A stretch of 64,000 nt of DNA from positions 38,418 through 102,417 of the forward strand of contig CAWELN010000011.1 in assembly GCA_963809795.1 (NCBI GenBank), written 5' to 3'. Below, one piece after another: positions 45,171 to 54,441 of this stretch. This DNA comes from an uncultured Actinomycetes bacterium. GTDB taxonomy: Bacteria > Actinomycetota > Acidimicrobiia > IMCC26256 > DASPTH01. Both the position numbers and the translations under genes were made by a program. Numbering within the stretch: the first letter of the stretch is position 1; each line of letters opens with the position of its first letter. Below the pieces are notes generated by a model. The model made no database searches. It was not told where the DNA came from and saw only the letters and a list, made by a program, of their open reading frames with translations.

Positions 45171-46745
45171 TCAGATGGCGCGCTCGCGGCCTTCCCAGTA
45201 CGGGTCGCGCAGCTTGCGCTTGTAGAGCTTGCCGTTGGGGTCGCGGGGCATCTCGTCGGTGAAGTCGATGCTCCTGGGCGTCTTGAACCTCGCCAGGCGC
45301 GTGCTCGCCCAGCCGAGGATCTCGGCCTCGAGCTCGGGCCCCGGCTCGGCGCCCTCCACCGGCTCGACGACCGCCTTGACCTCCTCACCCCAGTCGTCGT
45401 GGGGGATCCCGAACACCGCCACGTCGGCGACCTTCGGGTGCATGATCAGCTCGCTCTCGATCTCGGCCGGGTAGATGTTCGCCCCACCGGAGATGATCAT
45501 GTCGATCTTGCGGTCGGACAGGAAGAGCCAGCCGTCCTCGTCGAGGTAGCCGGCGTCGCCGACGGTGAAGAACTTGCCGCGGAAGCTCTTGTCGGTCTTC
45601 TCCTTGTCCTTGAAGTACTCGAAGTTGCCCGTGTGCATGTGCATGTAGACGGTGCCGATCTGCCCGGGCGGGAGCTCGTTGCCGTCGTCGTCGAGGATCA
45701 CGACCTCGGAGAACGGCCACTTGCGGCCGACGGTCCCCTGGTGCTCGAGCCACTCCTCGGCGAAGACGTAGGTGCCGCCACCTTCGCTCGCGGCGTAGTA
45801 CTCGTCGATCACCGGACCCCACCAGTCCAGCATCTGGCGCTTCACGTCGGGCGGGCACGGAGCCGCCGCGTGGATCATGTGCCGCAGCGACGAGACGTCG
45901 TACTTCGCGCGCTCGTCCTCGGGCACCCCCAACAGCCGCACGAACTGGGTCGGCACCATGTGCGTGTTGGTCACGCGGTACTTGTCGATGAGGTGGAGCA
46001 TCTGCTGCGGCGTCCACTTGTCCATCACCACGACCGTGTGGCCGATGTGCATGGCCGCGCCGGAGAACACCAGCACCGCGGTGTGGTACAGCGGCGAACC
46101 GACGATGTGCACGTTGTCGTCGAACGGTTGCAACCCGAAGAGGTAGAGCATCCCGCCGAACGAGCCGCCCCCGGTCTCGGGGTCGACGTCCTGCAGCGCG
46201 CGCCGCACGCCCTTCGGGCGCCCGGTCGTGCCCGACGTGTAGTTCATCACCAGGCCCATCTGGCGATCGGCGGGTGCGTTCGTCGGCTGGCCGTCCTTCA
46301 GCTGCTCGTACGCGCTGAACGTGTCGATGCCGCCGCCGACGGCGAACCGGCCCTCCTCGGGGAACGAGATCTCGTCGGCCGCGGCCTGGGCATGCTCGGC
46401 GAACCGGGCGTGGGCGACGAACACCTTCGCCTCGCAGTCCTGCACGATGTACGCGATCTCGGGGCCGACGAGGTGCCAGTTGATGGGGATGAGGTAGAAG
46501 CCGGCCTGACCGACGGCGAGGTAGAGCTCGAACACCTCGGCGCTGTTGGGCAGCAGCATCGCGATCGCGTCCCCGGGCTCGAGCCCCAGGGCGCGCAGCC
46601 CGTGGACGAGCTGGTTGCAGGACGCCACCAGCTCACCGGCCGAGATCTCGCGCTCGTCGGGGTCGACCAGCGCGAGGTGATCCGGGAAGGTCTCCGCGAT
46701 CTTCCAGAACCCGAGCGGCGGCGCGTCGGTGGGCGCGGCGGTCAT
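45171..46745 (-). CDS. AMP-dependent acyl-CoA synthetase
   Basis: ATG 46745 after GAGGAGGA. YTSGTTGRPKGV, EYYAASEGGG, TVGDAGYLDEDGWLFLSDRKIDMIISGGANIYP, PRDPNGKLYKRKLRDPYW. Confidence 0.88.
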   Translation of the reverse strand: MTAAPTDAPPLGFWKIAETFPDHLALVDPDEREISAGELVASCNQLVHGLRALGLEPGDAIAMLLPNSAEVFELYLAVGQAGFYLIPINWHLVGPEIAYIVQDCEAKVFVAHARFAEHAQAAADEISFPEEGRFAVGGGIDTFSAYEQLKDGQPTNAPADRQMGLVMNYTSGTTGRPKGVRRALQDVDPETGGGSFGGMLYLFGLQPFDDNVHIVGSPLYHTAVLVFSGAAMHIGHTVVVMDKWTPQQMLHLIDKYRVTNTHMVPTQFVRLLGVPEDERAKYDVSSLRHMIHAAAPCPPDVKRQMLDWWGPVIDEYYAASEGGGTYVFAEEWLEHQGTVGRKWPFSEVVILDDDGNELPPGQIGTVYMHMHTGNFEYFKDKEKTDKSFRGKFFTVGDAGYLDEDGWLFLSDRKIDMIISGGANIYPAEIESELIMHPKVADVAVFGIPHDDWGEEVKAVVEPVEGAEPGPELEAEILGWASTRLARFKTPRSIDFTDEMPRDPNGKLYKRKLRDPYWEGRERAI

Positions 46746-46773
46746 GGCGTGTCCTCCTCGTGGTACGGGGTGT

Positions 46774-47712
46774 TCAGGCGTCGGTGCGTCCGGCCGCGGC
46801 GCGGAACGCACCCACGAGCTCGCTCAGCTCCTCGACCGCGGCCGACTCGTCCTCGGGCAGTCGGACGCCGGCACGGACGTCGGTGAGACCGGCGGCCGCG
46901 AGCGCGGGGACCGCCTCCATCGTGCGGTCGAGATCGAGCGAGCCGTCGTCGGCCCTCACCATTCGCAGCGCGCCCGTGACCTGGAGGCCCTCGGGATCGC
47001 GGCCGGCGTCGGCGAGCAGCGTGCGCATCTCGGCGATCCCGGCGACGGGGTCGGCGGCCGCGGGACCCCACGGGATCCAACCGCTCCCGAAGCGGGCCAG
47101 GCGCCGGACCACCCGCGGGTTGATGGTGCCGCTGACCCAGATCGGCACGCCGCCGGCCTGGAGGGGCTTCGGCATCATGTGGATGGCCTCGAACTGCAGC
47201 TCGGGCGAGTCGTAGGCCGCCCGCGGCTCGCGCCAGAGCGTCTGGAGCACCTCGAGGGTGTGGTCGAGCAGGCGTCCGCGCCGGTCGAAGTCGAGGCCGG
47301 CGGCCTCGTACTCCTCCCGCTGCCAGCCGACCCCGACGCCGAGGTCGAGGCGGCCGCCCGACAGCACGTCGAGCGTCGCGGTCGACTTCGCCAGCACCGC
47401 GGGCCGGCGCAGCGCGGCGACCAGGATGTTGGTGCCGAGGCGGATGCGCGAGGTCATGCCCGCGAGCACCGACAACGTGGTGAGCGGCTCCAGCCAGTGG
47501 CCGTCGGGCCCGGTCGGCTGCTTGCCGCCCGCCTGACCGCCGATCTCGGGGCGGCCGTACTCCTCCAATCGTTCGCCGAACACCACGTGGTCGGACACGA
47601 CGAGACGGTCGACGCCCGCCCGGTCCGCGACCCGTGCGGCGCGGAACAGCGGCTCCCACGTGCCGGGATCCTCGGCGGCGAACGACGTGACTCCGATCGA
47701 GAGCTGGATCAT
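46774..47712 (-). CDS. LLM-class (luciferase-like) flavin/F420-dependent oxidoreductase
   Basis: 312 aa. VSDHVVF, LGTNILVAALRRPAVLAK, GGRLDLGVGVGWQREEY are typical of F420-dependent LLM enzymes. Confidence 0.85.
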   Translation of the reverse strand: MIQLSIGVTSFAAEDPGTWEPLFRAARVADRAGVDRLVVSDHVVFGERLEEYGRPEIGGQAGGKQPTGPDGHWLEPLTTLSVLAGMTSRIRLGTNILVAALRRPAVLAKSTATLDVLSGGRLDLGVGVGWQREEYEAAGLDFDRRGRLLDHTLEVLQTLWREPRAAYDSPELQFEAIHMMPKPLQAGGVPIWVSGTINPRVVRRLARFGSGWIPWGPAAADPVAGIAEMRTLLADAGRDPEGLQVTGALRMVRADDGSLDLDRTMEAVPALAAAGLTDVRAGVRLPEDESAAVEELSELVGAFRAAAGRTDA

Positions 47713-47756
47713 GGCGCGGAGCCTACGCTGCGTCGGGTGACATCACCCCGGGGGAA

Positions 47757-50246
47757 GTGATGCAGCGATTCTGGTCCTACATCGCGGTGCAGCTCGGCAA
47801 GCACGCGGTCGTGGTGACCGTGGTGGGGCTCCTGGTCACGATCGCCCTCGGTCTCGGGATCACCCAGCTCAACTTCGCCACGGGGCAGGACAGCTACCTC
47901 AACAAGGATTCCCAGGTCTACAAGGACAACGTCGTCTACCAACGCCTGTTCGGTGGCGAGGCGATGCTCACCGTGATCTCGATGGATCCCGGTCACAAGA
48001 TCGACGAGCTCTTCACCGGTGACGGTGCCCAGCAGCTGAAGAACTTCCACGACCGGCTGAAGGCGAGCGGCGAGGTCGAGTCGGTGGTGAGCCCGCTCAC
48101 CATCCTCCAATTCTCCGACTCCCTGGTGTCGAGCCCCGACGGCAACCCGACCAACAGCGTCGCGGCCAAGGCGCTGCTCGCGGCGCAGGCGAAGGAGCAA
48201 CCCGGGTCGCCCGCCGCGGTCGCACGCGGCGAGGACGCGGTGAAGACGCTCGGCCGCCTGACCGCGATCCCGGCGGCCGAGCGCACGTTCGACAACCCGG
48301 AGTGGGTGAAGTTCCTCCTCTACAACAACGAGGGTGAGGTGCGGAAGGCCCTGCGCTCGGTCTTCGTCAACGACCACACCGCGCAGATCGTCACCCGGCT
48401 CCCGGGGAACGCGTCCATCGAGAACGAGGGCAAGGCGTCGGTGCTCGTGCAGCGGGAGGCGGCGAAGCTCCACTTCGACAACGCGACGACCGTCACCACC
48501 GGTGCCGCGGTGCTGCTCAAGGACATCAACGACTACCTGCGCGGCGGGATGCTGACCCTCGGCGGCATCGCGGTCGTGATCATGGTGGTCATCCTCCTGG
48601 TGCTCTTCCAGGTGCGATGGCGGCTGCTCCCCCTGCTCGTGGTGCTCGTCGGCGTCGTCTGGGCCTTCGGCCTGGCGGGCTACCTCGGCATCCCACTCAC
48701 CATCGTGACCATCGCCGGGCTCCCGGTGATGCTCGGCATCGGGATCGACTACGCGATCCAGATGCACGCGCGCGTCGAGGAGGAGGTGGTGATCGACCGC
48801 GCCGAGCACCCGATCCAGGAGACCGCCCGCAACCTCGGCCCCGCCCTGCTCGTGGTGACCTTCGACGCCATCTTCGCCTTCGCCGCGCTCCACTTCGCCA
48901 AGGTGCCGATGCTGCGCGACTTCGGACTGCTGCTCGCGGTCGGCATCGCCGCCATCTGCATCGGCTCGATCATCCTGCCGCTCGCCATCCTCGGCATCCG
49001 CGAGTTCAAGTCGCCCACGCGGGGACGCGACTTCCGCGCCGGCCCGTTGGGACGCCTCGTGGTGTGGCTGGGGAGCATCCCGTCCCGGGCGGCAGTGCTG
49101 TTCGCGGTGGCCAGCGTCGGCATCTTCATCGGTGGCGTGGCGGTGGAGGACAAGCTCACCCTGCAGACCGACCCGGTGCAGTGGGTCAACCAGGACAGCC
49201 AGACCATCAAGGACATCCACAAGGTCGAGAAGCTGACGGGCGGATCGAGCGAGCTCGGCGTCTTCGCCACGAGCAACGACGTCTTCTCCGACAAGTTCGC
49301 GACCTTCGCGCACGACTTCACCACCGACACGCTGCGGCAGTACCCCAAGAAGCTGCTCACCGGCTCGAGCATCGAGACGGCCATCGGCGACATCGTCAAC
49401 GACGTGCCCGGTGGGTCCGACCTCGCGCCCCGCGGGATCGACGTCCGCAACACCTACGACGTCGCGCCGAGCGACGTGCGGGCGTCTGCCGTGACCGACC
49501 ACGGCCGTGCGTTCAACATCCTGTTCCGCACCGGCCCCGGCTCGTTGGAGGCGCGTGCGCCGGTCGTGCGCGGCATCCGCGCCGACACGCATCCCCCCGC
49601 CGGGATCCGGGCCACCCCTTCGGGGCTCGCCGTCGTCGGCGTCGGGCTCCTCGACAACCTCGAAGCCAACCGGATCGAGCTCACCTACCTCGCGATCCTC
49701 TTCGTCTTCCTGTTCCTCGCCGTCCGGCTGCGCTCCGTCATCCGCGCGCTGCTGTCGCTGGTGCCGGTGCTCATCGCGGTCGGGATCTCCTCCCTGGTCG
49801 CGTACGCCTTCAACATCGAGCTCAGCCCGTTGACCGCGGTCGGCGGGCCGCTCGTGGTCGCGGCGTGTACCGAGTTCACGTCGCTCATCCTGTTGCGGTA
49901 CGTGGAGGAGCGACGACGCGGGTACACGCCGCGGGAGGCGGTCGACGTCGCCGCGTCGCGGACGGGACGCGCCTTCGTCGTCTCCGCCCTCACCGCCATC
50001 GCCGGCGTCGCCGTGCTCTCGTTCTCGTCGCTGCCGCTGTTGCGCGACTTCGGCCGCATCGTCGCGATGAACGTCGCCGTCGCGCTGCTCAGCGCGCTCG
50101 TCGTGCTGCCGCCCATGCTGGTCTGGGCGGACAAGCGCAACTGGGTGTCGCGCGGTCTCATCGACAAGGAACCGGAGCCCTACATCCCGACGCCACCGTT
50201 GGGTGGGGGTGGGGCCGAGGGGGCGGGCGTGCCCGCCGAGACCTGA
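47757..50246 (+). CDS. MMPL/RND-superfamily membrane transporter
   Basis: 829 aa (GTG 47757 or ATG 47760). Two 6-TM bundles, each followed by a large extracytoplasmic domain. DYAIQMHARVEEE and CTEFTSLILLRYVEERRRG segments are typical of MMPL/HpnN-like proteins. Confidence 0.88.
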   Translation: MMQRFWSYIAVQLGKHAVVVTVVGLLVTIALGLGITQLNFATGQDSYLNKDSQVYKDNVVYQRLFGGEAMLTVISMDPGHKIDELFTGDGAQQLKNFHDRLKASGEVESVVSPLTILQFSDSLVSSPDGNPTNSVAAKALLAAQAKEQPGSPAAVARGEDAVKTLGRLTAIPAAERTFDNPEWVKFLLYNNEGEVRKALRSVFVNDHTAQIVTRLPGNASIENEGKASVLVQREAAKLHFDNATTVTTGAAVLLKDINDYLRGGMLTLGGIAVVIMVVILLVLFQVRWRLLPLLVVLVGVVWAFGLAGYLGIPLTIVTIAGLPVMLGIGIDYAIQMHARVEEEVVIDRAEHPIQETARNLGPALLVVTFDAIFAFAALHFAKVPMLRDFGLLLAVGIAAICIGSIILPLAILGIREFKSPTRGRDFRAGPLGRLVVWLGSIPSRAAVLFAVASVGIFIGGVAVEDKLTLQTDPVQWVNQDSQTIKDIHKVEKLTGGSSELGVFATSNDVFSDKFATFAHDFTTDTLRQYPKKLLTGSSIETAIGDIVNDVPGGSDLAPRGIDVRNTYDVAPSDVRASAVTDHGRAFNILFRTGPGSLEARAPVVRGIRADTHPPAGIRATPSGLAVVGVGLLDNLEANRIELTYLAILFVFLFLAVRLRSVIRALLSLVPVLIAVGISSLVAYAFNIELSPLTAVGGPLVVAACTEFTSLILLRYVEERRRGYTPREAVDVAASRTGRAFVVSALTAIAGVAVLSFSSLPLLRDFGRIVAMNVAVALLSALVVLPPMLVWADKRNWVSRGLIDKEPEPYIPTPPLGGGGAEGAGVPAET

Positions 50247-50286
50247 CCTACCCTGCAACCACACACCTCGACGGGGAGTCGACGAC

Positions 50287-51951
50287 ATGGCCAACCAGCT
50301 GGTGATCAAGGGCGGAACCGTCCACGACGGGAGCGGGGCGGCCGGGACCCGTGCCGACGTCGGCATCGCCGACGGGCGCATCACGGAGGTGGGGCCGAAC
50401 CTCGAGGGTGACCGCGTCCTCGACGCCGGCGACTGCGTGGTGGCACCCGGCTTCATCGACATCCACACGCACTACGACGCGCAGGTGTTCTGGGACCCCG
50501 CGCTCACGCCGTCGTGCTACCACGGCGTCACGACGGTGGTCGCCGGCAACTGCGGGTTCTCGATCGCGCCGACGCGCGCGGAGCACCACGAGCTCATCGC
50601 CCGCACGCTGGAGAACGTCGAGGACATGGACGTCGCCGCGCTGGCCGCGGGCATCCCCTGGGACTTCGCGACCTTCCCCGAGTACCTGGCGTCGGTGGCG
50701 AACCACGGCGTCGGCATCAACTTCGCCGCCTACATCGGTCACACCGCGCTGCGTCTGTTCGTGATGGGCGACGACGCCTACGAGCGCACCGCCACCGCAG
50801 AGGAGATCGCGGCGATGCAGCAGGTGCTGCGGGAGGCGATGGACGCGGGTGCCGCCGGCTTCGCCACGAGCTTCGCGTTCCCGCACCGCGGGATCGACGG
50901 CAAGCCGGTGCCCAGCCGGTTCGCCGACCGGGCCGAGCTGGAGGCGCTGCTCGAGACGATGGGGGAGGTCGGCCGGGGTGTGGTGTCGATCGCGCCCGGC
51001 GAGCAGTGCGGGCCGGCCGACATGTTCGACCTCCAGATGAAGGTCGGCGTGCCGTTCACGTGGGGCGCGCTCCTCACGTCGCCCACCGGGTACCACCACC
51101 AGGCGATCGAGGCGAACCGGGCCGGGTGGGAGCGCGGCTCCGAGGTGTGGCCGCAGGTGACGCCGCGGCCGCTCACCTTCCAGTTCACCCTCGACTCGCC
51201 GTACCCGCTCGCGGTCAACGAGCACTTCGCCGCGCTGCAGAACGCGTCGATCGACGAGCGCACTCGGGCCTACGCCGACCCCGCGTGGCGCGCGCGCATG
51301 ATGAGCGGCTGGAGCGCGAGCGGCACCTTCGGTCTCCGCTGGGACACCTACACCATCGGCCAGAGCGAAGTGCACCCCGACCTCGTCGACCGGAAGCTCG
51401 TCGACGTCGCCGCCGAGCGCGGCACGGAACCGCTCGACTGCCTGCTCGACCTCGCGCTGGAGGAGCCCGGACTCGGGTTGCGGGTACGTACCGTGATCGC
51501 CAACGACGACGAGGAGGGGGTCGCCGATCTCCTGGTGGAGGAGCACGTCGTGCTCGGCCTCTCGGACGCGGGTGCGCACGCGGGCCAGCTGTGCGACGCG
51601 CCGCAGGCCACCGACCTGCTCGGCAAGTGGGTGCGCGACAAGGGCGTGGTGCCGATGGAGCAGGCCATCCGCATGCTCAGCGGGCGGCAGGCCGACGTCT
51701 TCGGCTTCGCCGACCGCGGCTACCTGCGGCCCGGGATGTGCGCCGACGTCGCGGTCTTCGACCCGGCGACGGTGGCACCCGGGCCGGTGCGGCGGGTGCG
51801 CGACTTCCCGGCCGACGCCGAGCGCCTCACCGCCGACCAGCCGGTCGGGATGCAGCACGTCGTGGTGAACGGCACCCCGATCCAGGTCGACGGCGCCCGC
51901 ACCGACGCCGGCAACGTCGGGCGGGTCGTGGGCCCGTCGGCCCGGCCGTGA
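50287..51951 (+). CDS. N-acyl-D-amino-acid deacylase (D-aminoacylase) family amidohydrolase
   Basis: ATG 50287. LVIKGGTVHDGSG...ADVGIADGRI...VAPGFIDIHTHYD. Later LSDAGAH and ADVAVFDP. Confidence 0.85.
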   Translation: MANQLVIKGGTVHDGSGAAGTRADVGIADGRITEVGPNLEGDRVLDAGDCVVAPGFIDIHTHYDAQVFWDPALTPSCYHGVTTVVAGNCGFSIAPTRAEHHELIARTLENVEDMDVAALAAGIPWDFATFPEYLASVANHGVGINFAAYIGHTALRLFVMGDDAYERTATAEEIAAMQQVLREAMDAGAAGFATSFAFPHRGIDGKPVPSRFADRAELEALLETMGEVGRGVVSIAPGEQCGPADMFDLQMKVGVPFTWGALLTSPTGYHHQAIEANRAGWERGSEVWPQVTPRPLTFQFTLDSPYPLAVNEHFAALQNASIDERTRAYADPAWRARMMSGWSASGTFGLRWDTYTIGQSEVHPDLVDRKLVDVAAERGTEPLDCLLDLALEEPGLGLRVRTVIANDDEEGVADLLVEEHVVLGLSDAGAHAGQLCDAPQATDLLGKWVRDKGVVPMEQAIRMLSGRQADVFGFADRGYLRPGMCADVAVFDPATVAPGPVRRVRDFPADAERLTADQPVGMQHVVVNGTPIQVDGARTDAGNVGRVVGPSARP

Positions 51952-52787
51952 GCGACGCGCGCGACGCCCCGGTCATCCTCGAAGCCGCCATCAACGGGGC
52001 CAATCCGAACGCGCCGCGGCTCCCGGAGGACATCAGTGCCACCGCGCTTGCGTGCTTCGACGCCGGCGCCGCCATCGTGCACAACCACATCGACCTCACC
52101 GGCGACGGGACGGAGGTCGCGGCCCGCTACCGCGAGGGGTGGGAGCCGGTGGTCGCGCAGCGGCCGGACGCGCTCCTGTACCCGACGATCAACGGGATCG
52201 GGACGGTGGAGGAGCGGTACTCACACGTCACACCGCTGGCCGAGTCGTTCCCGCTGCGCATCGGCACCATCGATCCCGGTTCGGTGAACCTCGGCGAGCG
52301 GTTCGCGTACGTGAACTCCGGGTCCGACATCGAGCACCAGTGGCAGCTCTGCGACCGCAACGGGCTCGTGCCCACCATCGCGGTGTTCGAGCCGGGGTTC
52401 CTCCGCGCCACCCTCGCGTACTGGCGCGCCGGCAAGCTGGCCCCGGGCACGATGGTGCGCCTCTACTTCGGCGGCACCGAGCTCGAGGCCGACGGCGGGT
52501 TCTGGTTCGGCCTGCAGCCGACCGAGGCTGCGCTCGACGCGTACCTCGAGCTGCTCGGCGACTGCCCGCTGGCGTGGTCGGTGGCGGTGCTCGGGGGCGA
52601 CATCTTCGAGTCCGATCTCCCCGCCCTCGCGCTCGAGCGCGGCGGCCACCTGCGGGTGGGGCTCGAGGACCACCAGGGCCGCACCGTCACCAACGAGGAG
52701 CTCGTGGCCGAGGCGGTCGCCGTCATCGAGAAGTCCGGCCGCCCGCTCGCGTCGTGCGCCGAGACCACGGCGTTGCTCGGGCTGTAG
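51948..52787 (+). CDS. BKACE (3-keto-5-aminohexanoate cleavage enzyme, DUF849) family protein
   Basis: GTG overlaps the previous stop (GTGA, 51948-51951). PVILEAAINGA...LPEDISATALACFDAGAAIVHNHI and GGHLRVGLED match the TIM-barrel BKACE pattern. Confidence 0.78.
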   Translation: MSDARDAPVILEAAINGANPNAPRLPEDISATALACFDAGAAIVHNHIDLTGDGTEVAARYREGWEPVVAQRPDALLYPTINGIGTVEERYSHVTPLAESFPLRIGTIDPGSVNLGERFAYVNSGSDIEHQWQLCDRNGLVPTIAVFEPGFLRATLAYWRAGKLAPGTMVRLYFGGTELEADGGFWFGLQPTEAALDAYLELLGDCPLAWSVAVLGGDIFESDLPALALERGGHLRVGLEDHQGRTVTNEELVAEAVAVIEKSGRPLASCAETTALLGL

Positions 52788-52790
52788 CCC

Positions 52791-53699
52791 TCAGCTCGAC
52801 ATCGAGTTGGCGCGCGGGTCGGGCTCCATGCCGCGGGACTCCGCCAGCGAGCCGCTCCCGTAGCCGTGTCGCCGCACGAACGGTTGCCAGCGCGGCGTGC
52901 CGCCCACCGGCGGGTCACCGATCACCGTGACCCGCTCGATGATGCGACGCTCCTCGTAGTCGGGGACCGCGTAGTGCTGCGTGCAGCGGTTGTCCCAGAT
53001 GCCGATGGTGCCCTCGCTCCACGAGTAGCGGCACTGGAAGCGAGGCTGCTCCGACCACGTGTAGAGGTACTCGAGCAGTGCGTCGCTCTCGGAGCGCTGC
53101 AACTCGACGATGTGCGACGTGAACGTGCGGTTGACGAACAGCGATCGGCGCCCGGTGTCGGGATGGGCGCGGATCACGGGGTGCGCCGCGTGCTGCTCGG
53201 GGTGGCCGAACGGCGCGGCGTGGTGCACCGCGGTGAGGCCCTCGAGCAGGTCGCGAATCGGGTCGGACAGCATCTCGTACGCGAGGTACTGGTTGGTGAA
53301 GATGGTGTCGCCACCCCGTGCCGGGTTCATGACCATCTGCAGGATCGACGCCATCGGGGGCGTCGGGCTGAAGGTGACGTCGGTGTGCCAGAACTCGGCC
53401 CCGCCCCCGACCGTGTCGATCACGACGATCTCCGGGTGCTCGTCGTCGCGCTTGGGGATGTAGGGGTGGATCTCCGGCGTGCCGAACCGCCGGCCGAGGG
53501 CGACGTGGGCGTCGGCACCGAGGGACTGCCCCGGGAAGAAGAGCACGAGGTGCTCGAGCCAGGTCGCGTAGAGCGCGTCCCACTGCGCATCGTCGAGGCG
53601 GGTGAGGTCGACGCCCAGGACCTCGGCCCCGAGGGCGCCGGTGAGCGGGCGCACCTCGCCGAGCCCGGGGACCGTCGCGCTGATCGACGTTGCCGACAT
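52791..53699 (-). CDS. TauD/TfdA family Fe(II)/2-oxoglutarate dioxygenase
   Basis: FWHTDVTF (HxD), GGDTIFTN, IWDNRCTQHYA. 302 aa. Confidence 0.88.
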   Translation of the reverse strand: MSATSISATVPGLGEVRPLTGALGAEVLGVDLTRLDDAQWDALYATWLEHLVLFFPGQSLGADAHVALGRRFGTPEIHPYIPKRDDEHPEIVVIDTVGGGAEFWHTDVTFSPTPPMASILQMVMNPARGGDTIFTNQYLAYEMLSDPIRDLLEGLTAVHHAAPFGHPEQHAAHPVIRAHPDTGRRSLFVNRTFTSHIVELQRSESDALLEYLYTWSEQPRFQCRYSWSEGTIGIWDNRCTQHYAVPDYEERRIIERVTVIGDPPVGGTPRWQPFVRRHGYGSGSLAESRGMEPDPRANSMSS

Positions 53700-53711
53700 G
53701 TCGCCTCCTCG

Positions 53712-54323
53712 CTACCGGGCCGGGAGCCCGGTCAGGATCGATGTGATGGTGCCGACGACCTCGTCGCGGTACTCGTCGGCGTCGAGCCGCCCGGCGTAGC
53801 GGTCGGCGCTCGCCAGCATGTGCAGGAGCGTGGCGCCGGCGACGCCGAGCCGGAGGATGCGTCGCGCCTCGTCGAGGTCGGGCGTGGCGCGCGCCAGCAC
53901 CGGCAGCAGCCGCGCCAGTTGTGGCGCGAACGCATCGTCGAGGAGGTGCAACCACTCACCGCCGCTCCGGTCGAGGGCGGAGAGGAAGCGCACGTAGTCG
54001 AGACCGGTGTCCTCGCGCGAGAGGTCGAGCAAGGGGAGCGCGAACACCTCCGCCACCTGCCGGGGCGACGGCGTCGCGTCGTGCTCCAGGGGCCCGAGCC
54101 GCGCGTAGCGCTCCTCGGCGAGGACCGACATCCGACGCGCGAGCACCGCCCGCACCAGGCTCTCCTTGGAGCCGAAGTGGTAGTGCGCGGCCGCGACGTT
54201 GCTGCCCGCTTCGGCGTTGATGGCCCGCAGCGAGACCCCTTCGACCCCGCGGGCGCCGATCAGCCGCTCGGCCGCGTCGAGCAGCCGCACCTGGGTCGGC
54301 TCGAGGATCGCGGTGGGCGTCAC
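53712..54323 (-). CDS. TetR family transcriptional regulator
   Basis: GTG 54323. LLDAAERLIGARGVEGVSLRAINAEAGSNVAAAHYHFGSKESL is the TetR N-terminal HTH. Confidence 0.88.
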   Translation of the reverse strand: MTPTAILEPTQVRLLDAAERLIGARGVEGVSLRAINAEAGSNVAAAHYHFGSKESLVRAVLARRMSVLAEERYARLGPLEHDATPSPRQVAEVFALPLLDLSREDTGLDYVRFLSALDRSGGEWLHLLDDAFAPQLARLLPVLARATPDLDEARRILRLGVAGATLLHMLASADRYAGRLDADEYRDEVVGTITSILTGLPAR

Positions 54324-54338
54324 ACCGTCGACCCTATC

Positions 54339-54359
54339 TCAATCGACTGATTGAATCAA
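54339..54359. promoter_or_regulatory. palindromic operator candidate TCAATCgactGATTGAaTCAA
   Basis: TCAATC (54339-54344) and GATTGA (54349-54354) are perfect inverted arms, overlapped by TTGAaTCAA (54351-54359). The site is in the 118-nt divergent region between TetR (start 54323) and the amidohydrolase (start 54442). Confidence 0.5.
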
Positions 54360-54441
54360 GTGATGGGACGGTCGGGGACGGGCTGGGGTCGACGGTCGCG
54401 CCGGGATACCGTGAGGTCTCGCCGCACTCCCGGGAGGAACC

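Noticed and set aside
47709-50468. 919-aa minus-strand ORF
   Set aside because: It is antisense to the MMPL transporter gene. Composition is dominated by Arg/Asp/Gly/His/Glu repeats, and there are no TM segments or motifs. The plus-strand frame encodes a convincing 12-TM MMPL protein.
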